Assembly: GCA_025937875.1 (NCBI GenBank)
Contig: JAICQM010000002.1
Span: 1 to 44,740, forward strand
Length of the DNA: 44,740 nt
Direction of reading: 5' to 3'
From: Chloroflexota bacterium
GTDB taxonomy: Bacteria; Chloroflexota; Limnocylindria; QHBO01
Position 1 is the stretch's first letter. Each line of letters opens with the position of its first letter. Positions 39,998 through 44,740 of this stretch are shown here, piece after piece. The notes under the pieces are model-generated. The model searched no databases, was not told where the DNA came from, and saw nothing but the letters and a program-made list of their open reading frames with translations. The translations under genes were made by a program, and so were the position numbers.

Positions 39998-42900
39998 ATG
40001 ACGAGTCATCGACAACCGAATCCCGTCCGGCGCGGACTCGCCGTCGCGATCTCGCTTCTTGCCCTCATCGGTCCATCCCTCTTCGTGACGCCCACCGCGT
40101 CACCCGCCACCGCCGCCGACCCCGAGCCCGGGTTCCTTGCCGAAGGCGCGCCCGCCCCGCACACCGACGGCTTCGCCGGTGCCGGGGCCCCGCCCACGGG
40201 ATTCACCGACAGCCAGGTCCTCGACGGGCTCGACCAGCCGACCTCGGTCGCGTTCTCCCCCGACGGCCGCGTCTTCGTGACCGAGAAGCGCGGCCGCCTG
40301 GTGGTGTTCGACTCGCTGACCGATACGACCAAGTCCGTGGTCCTCGACATCCACGACGAGGTCAATGACTTCTGGGACCGAGGGCTGGCGGGCATCGCCC
40401 TGGCCCCCACGTTTCCGACCGATCCGTCGATCTGGCTGCTGTACACCTACGACGCGCTCCCCGGCGGCACGCACCCGCAATGGGACGAGGACTGTCCCGA
40501 CCCGCCGGGCCTCACCGATGACGGCTGCGTCGTCACCGGTCGCCTCATCAAGATCACGGTGAATGCTGCCAATGGCGTCACGAGCCGCACGACCCTCATC
40601 AGCGGCGAGTGGTGCCAGCAGTTCCCGTCGCACAGCCAGGATGACCTCGCGTTCGGTCCCGACGGCTACCTCTACGTGAGCGCCGGCGACGGCGCCGACT
40701 TCAACGATGTCGACTACGGCCAGAACGGCGGCTCGCCCGGCTCGCCGATCCCGGTCAACCCATGCGGCGACCCTGCCGACAAGGGCGGCGCCATGCGCTC
40801 GCAGTCACCCCGCCGCGCAGCGGGCGAGGGGGTCTCGCTCGACGGCGCCGTCCTGCGCCTCGTCCCGTCCACCGGTGCCGGTGCGCCCAACAACCCGTAC
40901 GCAGCCAGTGCCGACTTGAACGCCCGACGCATCGCCGCCTACGGCCTGCGGAACCCGTTCCGGATCGCCTTCCGACCCGGAACGAGTGAGCTGTGGGTCG
41001 GCGACGTGGGCTGGAACATGACCGAGGAGATCAACCGCTTCACGCCCAGCTCCGCCACGGCGCCCAACTTCGGATGGCCGTGCTTCGAGGGGGCGACCTC
41101 GCTGACCGGCTACCAGAGCCACGCCGGCTGCCAGCTCAACCTCGCCGAGACGGTGCAGCCGCATTACAGCTACCCGCATGTCGGCGGCTCGTCGATCAGC
41201 GGTCTCGCCTTCTACAACGGTGGCGCCTATCCCGACATGTACGACGGTGCGCTGTTCTTCGCCGACTACGTGCAGGGCGAGATCCGCGTCATGCGGCCGG
41301 GCGCCGGCGGCGTCCCCGATCCGGCCCAGGTGTCCAGCTTCCAGGAGACGGCGCCCGTCGACCTGACTATCGGCCCGGGCGGTGACCTGTTCTACGTCGA
41401 CTTCGACGGCGGCACGATCCACCGCATCCGCTACGGGGCCCCCAGCGCGGTCGCCACCGCCAGCCCGACCAGCGGCGCGGCTCCGCTGGACGTCCACTTC
41501 GACGGCACGGGCTCCTCGTCGCCGCTCGGTCTCGGCCTGAGCTACGCCTGGGACCTCGACGGCGACGGCCAGTACGACGACGGCACCACAGCCGAGGTCG
41601 ACCGGACCTACACCGACCCCGGCCAGGTCCAGGTCCGCCTGCGCGTGACCGATGCCGCGTCCTCGTCGACGATCAGCGCCCCGATCGTCATCTCGCCGGC
41701 CAACGCGCCGCCGACCGCGACGATCGGCTCGGTCCAGGTCGGCAGCACGACCTACGCCCCGCCGCCGGCCTTCATGACGGCCACGCCGCCGGCAAACGGC
41801 GTAGGTCCGCTGGCGGCCCGGGTCTGGATCGTCGGCGACACGATCCACGCCAGCGGATCGGCCAGCGATCCCCAGGATGGTTCCCTGCCCGGCACCGCGC
41901 TGAGCTGGACGCTCACCATGCACCACTGCCCGAGCAACTGCCACGCGCACCAGGTCCAGTCGTTCAGCGGTGCCTCGGTCAGCTTCAGCGCCCCGGACCA
42001 CGAGTGGCCCGCGTATCTGAGCCTGCGCCTCACCGCGACCGACACCGGCAACCTGACGGCATCGAGGACCGTCTACCTCTACCCGAAGGCCTCGACGCTT
42101 ACGTTGACCAGCACGCCGCCCGGAGCCGGGGTCCTGGTGGACGGCGTGGCGGCGACGCGGACCAACCTCGTCGGACACGTGGCCACCATCTCGGCCCCCA
42201 CCACGTTCCAGAGCGGCGGCTGGCAGTACCGCTTCAGCCGCTGGTCGGATGGCAACACCGCCGCGGCACGGCCACTCACGATCACCGCCGCCAACCAGAG
42301 CCGCGTGGCGCAGTACACGGTCGTGCCGAAGGTGGTCAGGGCCTACGGCGGCGACCGCTACGTGACCTCGGCCGCGGTTTCGGCCGCCGCCTTCGCCCCC
42401 GGCGTGCCGGTGGCCTACGTCGCCACCGGTCGTGACTTCCCCGATGCCCTGGCCGCCGCTGCGGCGGCCGGCAAGCGCGGCGGTCCGGTGCTCCTCGTCC
42501 CCGGCACCTCGCTGCCGCCCAGCATCCGCTACGAGCTGGATCGGCTGAATCCGACCCAGATCGCGGTCGTCGGCGGCCCGACAGTGGTGACGAGCGCGGT
42601 CATGGCGCAGCTGGAGCCCTACGCCGGGGCTGCCGGCGTCATCCGCCTCAGCGGAAGCGACCGCTACGCCACCGCGGTGCGGATCTCGCAGAACGCCTTC
42701 TCTCCGGGCGCGGCCGGTGTGCCGGTGGCCTACGTGGCGTCGGGTCGCAACTTCCCCGACGCCCTTGCCGCCGCGGCCGCGGCCGGTGCGCAGGACGGGC
42801 CGGTCCTCCTCGTCCCCGGCACCTCGGTGCCGGCCAGCGTCCGGGTTGAGCTGGATCGGCTGAACCCGGCACGCATCGTCGTCGTCGGCGGGCCGGCGAT

Positions 42901-43252
42901 CGTCAGCGCCGAGGTCGAGTCGCAGCTGGGCCCGCTGGCGGGCAGCGGCGGCGTGGACCGCCTGTACGGCATCGATCGCTACGCGACCGCGCTCGCCATC
43001 TCGAAGGACGCCTTCGGGAGCGCGCCGCAGGCGTACGTGGCCACGGGGCGCGCCTTCCCCGACGCCCTGGCCGGTGCGGCGGCCGCGGGCCGTGCCGGCG
43101 GACCGGTGCTCCTCGTGCCCGGCACCTCGCTGCCGCCCGCCGTGGCCGCCGAGCTCGATCGCCTGAACCCGTTGCGGGTCACGATTCTCGGGGGTCCGAC
43201 GGTCGTGACCCCATCGGTCGAGGCGCAGGTGAAGTCGGCGGTCGGCGCCTAG
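39998..43252 (+). CDS. Secreted cell-wall-anchored protein: signal peptide + glucose/sorbosone-dehydrogenase-like beta-propeller + PKD + Ig-like/InlB-B-like regions + 3x CWB2 repeats
   Basis: Signal-like N-terminus [21 protein letters not shown]...[28 protein letters not shown] and [13 protein letters not shown] are propeller motifs. PKD: [17 protein letters not shown]...VRLRVTD. Three ~100-aa repeats read DRY.T....S...F......[16 protein letters not shown]...GPVLLVPG. Confidence 0.85.
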   Translation: MTSHRQPNPVRRGLAVAISLLALIGPSLFVTPTASPATAADPEPGFLAEGAPAPHTDGFAGAGAPPTGFTDSQVLDGLDQPTSVAFSPDGRVFVTEKRGRLVVFDSLTDTTKSVVLDIHDEVNDFWDRGLAGIALAPTFPTDPSIWLLYTYDALPGGTHPQWDEDCPDPPGLTDDGCVVTGRLIKITVNAANGVTSRTTLISGEWCQQFPSHSQDDLAFGPDGYLYVSAGDGADFNDVDYGQNGGSPGSPIPVNPCGDPADKGGAMRSQSPRRAAGEGVSLDGAVLRLVPSTGAGAPNNPYAASADLNARRIAAYGLRNPFRIAFRPGTSELWVGDVGWNMTEEINRFTPSSATAPNFGWPCFEGATSLTGYQSHAGCQLNLAETVQPHYSYPHVGGSSISGLAFYNGGAYPDMYDGALFFADYVQGEIRVMRPGAGGVPDPAQVSSFQETAPVDLTIGPGGDLFYVDFDGGTIHRIRYGAPSAVATASPTSGAAPLDVHFDGTGSSSPLGLGLSYAWDLDGDGQYDDGTTAEVDRTYTDPGQVQVRLRVTDAASSSTISAPIVISPANAPPTATIGSVQVGSTTYAPPPAFMTATPPANGVGPLAARVWIVGDTIHASGSASDPQDGSLPGTALSWTLTMHHCPSNCHAHQVQSFSGASVSFSAPDHEWPAYLSLRLTATDTGNLTASRTVYLYPKASTLTLTSTPPGAGVLVDGVAATRTNLVGHVATISAPTTFQSGGWQYRFSRWSDGNTAAARPLTITAANQSRVAQYTVVPKVVRAYGGDRYVTSAAVSAAAFAPGVPVAYVATGRDFPDALAAAAAAGKRGGPVLLVPGTSLPPSIRYELDRLNPTQIAVVGGPTVVTSAVMAQLEPYAGAAGVIRLSGSDRYATAVRISQNAFSPGAAGVPVAYVASGRNFPDALAAAAAAGAQDGPVLLVPGTSVPASVRVELDRLNPARIVVVGGPAIVSAEVESQLGPLAGSGGVDRLYGIDRYATALAISKDAFGSAPQAYVATGRAFPDALAGAAAAGRAGGPVLLVPGTSLPPAVAAELDRLNPLRVTILGGPTVVTPSVEAQVKSAVGA
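42334..43249 (+). repeat. Three tandem ~300-bp coding repeats (CWB2 modules)
   Basis: The units start near 42334, 42639 and 42952. They share stretches such as CCGGTGCTCCTCGT(C/G)CCCGGCACCTCGCTGCCGCC. Confidence 0.8.
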
Positions 43253-43275
43253 GTCGCATCGGTACACTGGGGCCC

Positions 43276-44556
43276 ATGGACGCATGGGCACAGCTCGAGT
43301 CGGTCGACCCAGAGATCTGGCAGGTCATCCGCGACGAGGAGGAGCGCACTCGCTCCCATCTCGAGCTGATCGCCAGCGAGAACTACCCGAGCCTGGCGGT
43401 GCTCGAGGCGATGGGCTCGGTGCTGACCGGCAAGTACGCGGAGGGCTACCCGGGACGTCGCTACTACGGCGGGTGCGAGGTCGTCGACGTGGCCGAGAAC
43501 CTGGCCCGCGACCGCGCGAAGGAGCTCTTCGGCGCCGAGCATGTCAACGTCCAGCCGCACGCCGGGGCGCAGGCCAACATGGCCGTCTATCACGCCCTCC
43601 TCCGGCGCGGCGACACGGTGATGGGCCTCTCCCTCGACCAGGGCGGGCACCTGACCCACGGCTCGCCGGTCAACTTCAGCGGGCAGTACTACAGCTTCGT
43701 GCCGTACTCGGTCGACCGTGAGACGCACCTCATCGACATGGACGAGGTGCGCGCCGTGGCTCGCGAGCACCGCCCCCGCATGATCGTCACCGGGGCCACC
43801 GCCTATCCCCGGCTCTGGGACTTCGCCGCGTTCCGCGAGATCGCCGACGAGGTCGGCGCCCTGTTGATGACCGATATGGCGCACTTCGCGGGCCTCGTGG
43901 CCGCCGGCGTCCACCCCTCGCCGGTGCCCTACGCCGACGTCGTCACCACGACCACCCACAAGACGCTGCGCGGCCCCCGGGGCGGGATGATCCTTTCTCG
44001 CGAGGAGCACGCGAAGGCGATCGACAAGAGCGTCTTCCCCGGCATCCAGGGCGGACCGCTGATGCACGTCATCGCCGCCAAGGCGGTCGCCTTCCGGGAA
44101 GCGCAGACCGATGCCTTCCGGCGTGACCAGGAGCAGACGGTCGCCAACGCCCGGGCGCTGGCCGGTGCGCTGGCCGATGCCGGTGCTTCCATCATCTCCG
44201 GCGGCACGGACAACCACCTCATGCTCGTCGACGTGCGGCCATTGGGCGTGAATGGCAAGGAGGCCGATCTCGCCCTCGGCGAGGTGCGGATCACCGTCAA
44301 CAAGAACACCATCCCCTACGACCCGGAGAAGCCGATGATCGGCTCCGGGATCCGGGTGGGAACGCCGGCGGTCACGTCGCGCGGGATGCGCGAGGACGAG
44401 ATGCGCGAGATCGCGGAGCTCATCGTGGCCGGCATCGGCGCACGCGACGACGCCGATGCCCAGGAGGCTGTCCGGACCCGCGTGGCGGCGATCGCCGACC
44501 GCTTCCCCGTCCCCGGCGTGCCCTCGACCCGCTCCACCGCCGAGATCCCCGCCTAG
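43276..44556 (+). CDS. glyA: Serine hydroxymethyltransferase
   Basis: [65 protein letters not shown] (PLP lysine), [11 protein letters not shown]. Confidence 0.97.
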   Translation: MDAWAQLESVDPEIWQVIRDEEERTRSHLELIASENYPSLAVLEAMGSVLTGKYAEGYPGRRYYGGCEVVDVAENLARDRAKELFGAEHVNVQPHAGAQANMAVYHALLRRGDTVMGLSLDQGGHLTHGSPVNFSGQYYSFVPYSVDRETHLIDMDEVRAVAREHRPRMIVTGATAYPRLWDFAAFREIADEVGALLMTDMAHFAGLVAAGVHPSPVPYADVVTTTTHKTLRGPRGGMILSREEHAKAIDKSVFPGIQGGPLMHVIAAKAVAFREAQTDAFRRDQEQTVANARALAGALADAGASIISGGTDNHLMLVDVRPLGVNGKEADLALGEVRITVNKNTIPYDPEKPMIGSGIRVGTPAVTSRGMREDEMREIAELIVAGIGARDDADAQEAVRTRVAAIADRFPVPGVPSTRSTAEIPA

Positions 44557-44599
44557 GGGCCCCTCCCGCACCCCTGCGGCACCCGTGCCGTCGCCCCGC

Positions 44600-44677
44600 G
44601 TGCGCCCCAGCGCACGATCCGACCATGAATGGCCTCATTGCGGCCCGATCCTCGTAGTTGCGCGCGCCCCAGCGCAC
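44600..44677. repeat. Two further copies of the GTGCGC-N4-GCGCAC repeat family
   Basis: GTGCGCCCCAGCGCAC at 44600-44615. The stretch 44641-44677, CGGCCCGATCCTCGTAGTTGCGCGCGCCCCAGCGCAC, matches the reverse complement of 8431-8467 at 34/37 by hand alignment. Confidence 0.75.
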
Positions 44678-44689
44678 GGTCCTGGGCCA

Positions 44690-44740
44690 TCAGCACCTAT
44701 TCGTGGAGCACGAACCTTCACGACACACCGCTCGTGGACC
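44690..44740 (-). repeat. 70-nt multi-hairpin repeat element (copy 2, inverted, cut by the window end)
   Basis: TCAGCACCTATTCGTGGAGCACGAACCTTCACGACACA is identical to the reverse complement of 37779-37816. Similarity continues, with a few mismatches, to the last base of the window. Confidence 0.75.

Overview
High-G+C bacterial chromosome segment. Nearly every long ORF has a spurious antisense or out-of-frame shadow ORF, so I called genes from recognisable protein motifs, G/C-rich third codon positions and synteny. The content is almost entirely core housekeeping in an origin-proximal style. Genes in order: dnaA (cut by the window start) divergent from rpmH-rnpA-yidD-yidC-jag. Then a 22-kb all-minus-strand block: tmRNA, smpB, an S41 protease, ftsXE, prfB (with its programmed +1 frameshift), a small Cys-rich ORF, secA, an LLM oxidoreductase, prs, a zinc-ribbon/cyclase/STAND/TPR protein, gyrA, two small genes, gyrB, parB and parA. 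Then a parS/DnaA-box gap. Then a mostly plus-strand block: mreD-mrdA-rodA, an AI-2E permease (minus), DUF2344, rplU-rpmA-rpmE, DUF1385, prfA-prmC-tsaC, rpiB, a two-subunit aconitase X pair, a large secreted dehydrogenase-like protein with CWB2 cell-wall anchors, and glyA. I saw no transposase, integrase, prophage, CRISPR array, rRNA or tRNA gene, and no recognisable multi-gene defence system. I cannot honestly point to a convincing new multi-gene system. The features that the genes do not explain are: (1) two dispersed intergenic repeat families, a GTGCGC-N4-GCGCAC palindrome family that includes a 140-bp dyad-symmetric unit, and a 70-nt multi-hairpin element with a second inverted copy at the window end; (2) an 8-Cys 98-aa ORF with a strong SD, wedged between secA and prfB; (3) a gene-orientation pattern implying either a ~22-kb inversion or an origin at the parA/mreD gap; (4) aconitase X and surface-protein genes inserted into the conserved rpiB-glyA neighbourhood. 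All family assignments come from reading motifs by eye; no database search was possible. The lineage is probably a monoderm high-GC group (Actinomycetota- or Chloroflexota-like), but that is only inference.
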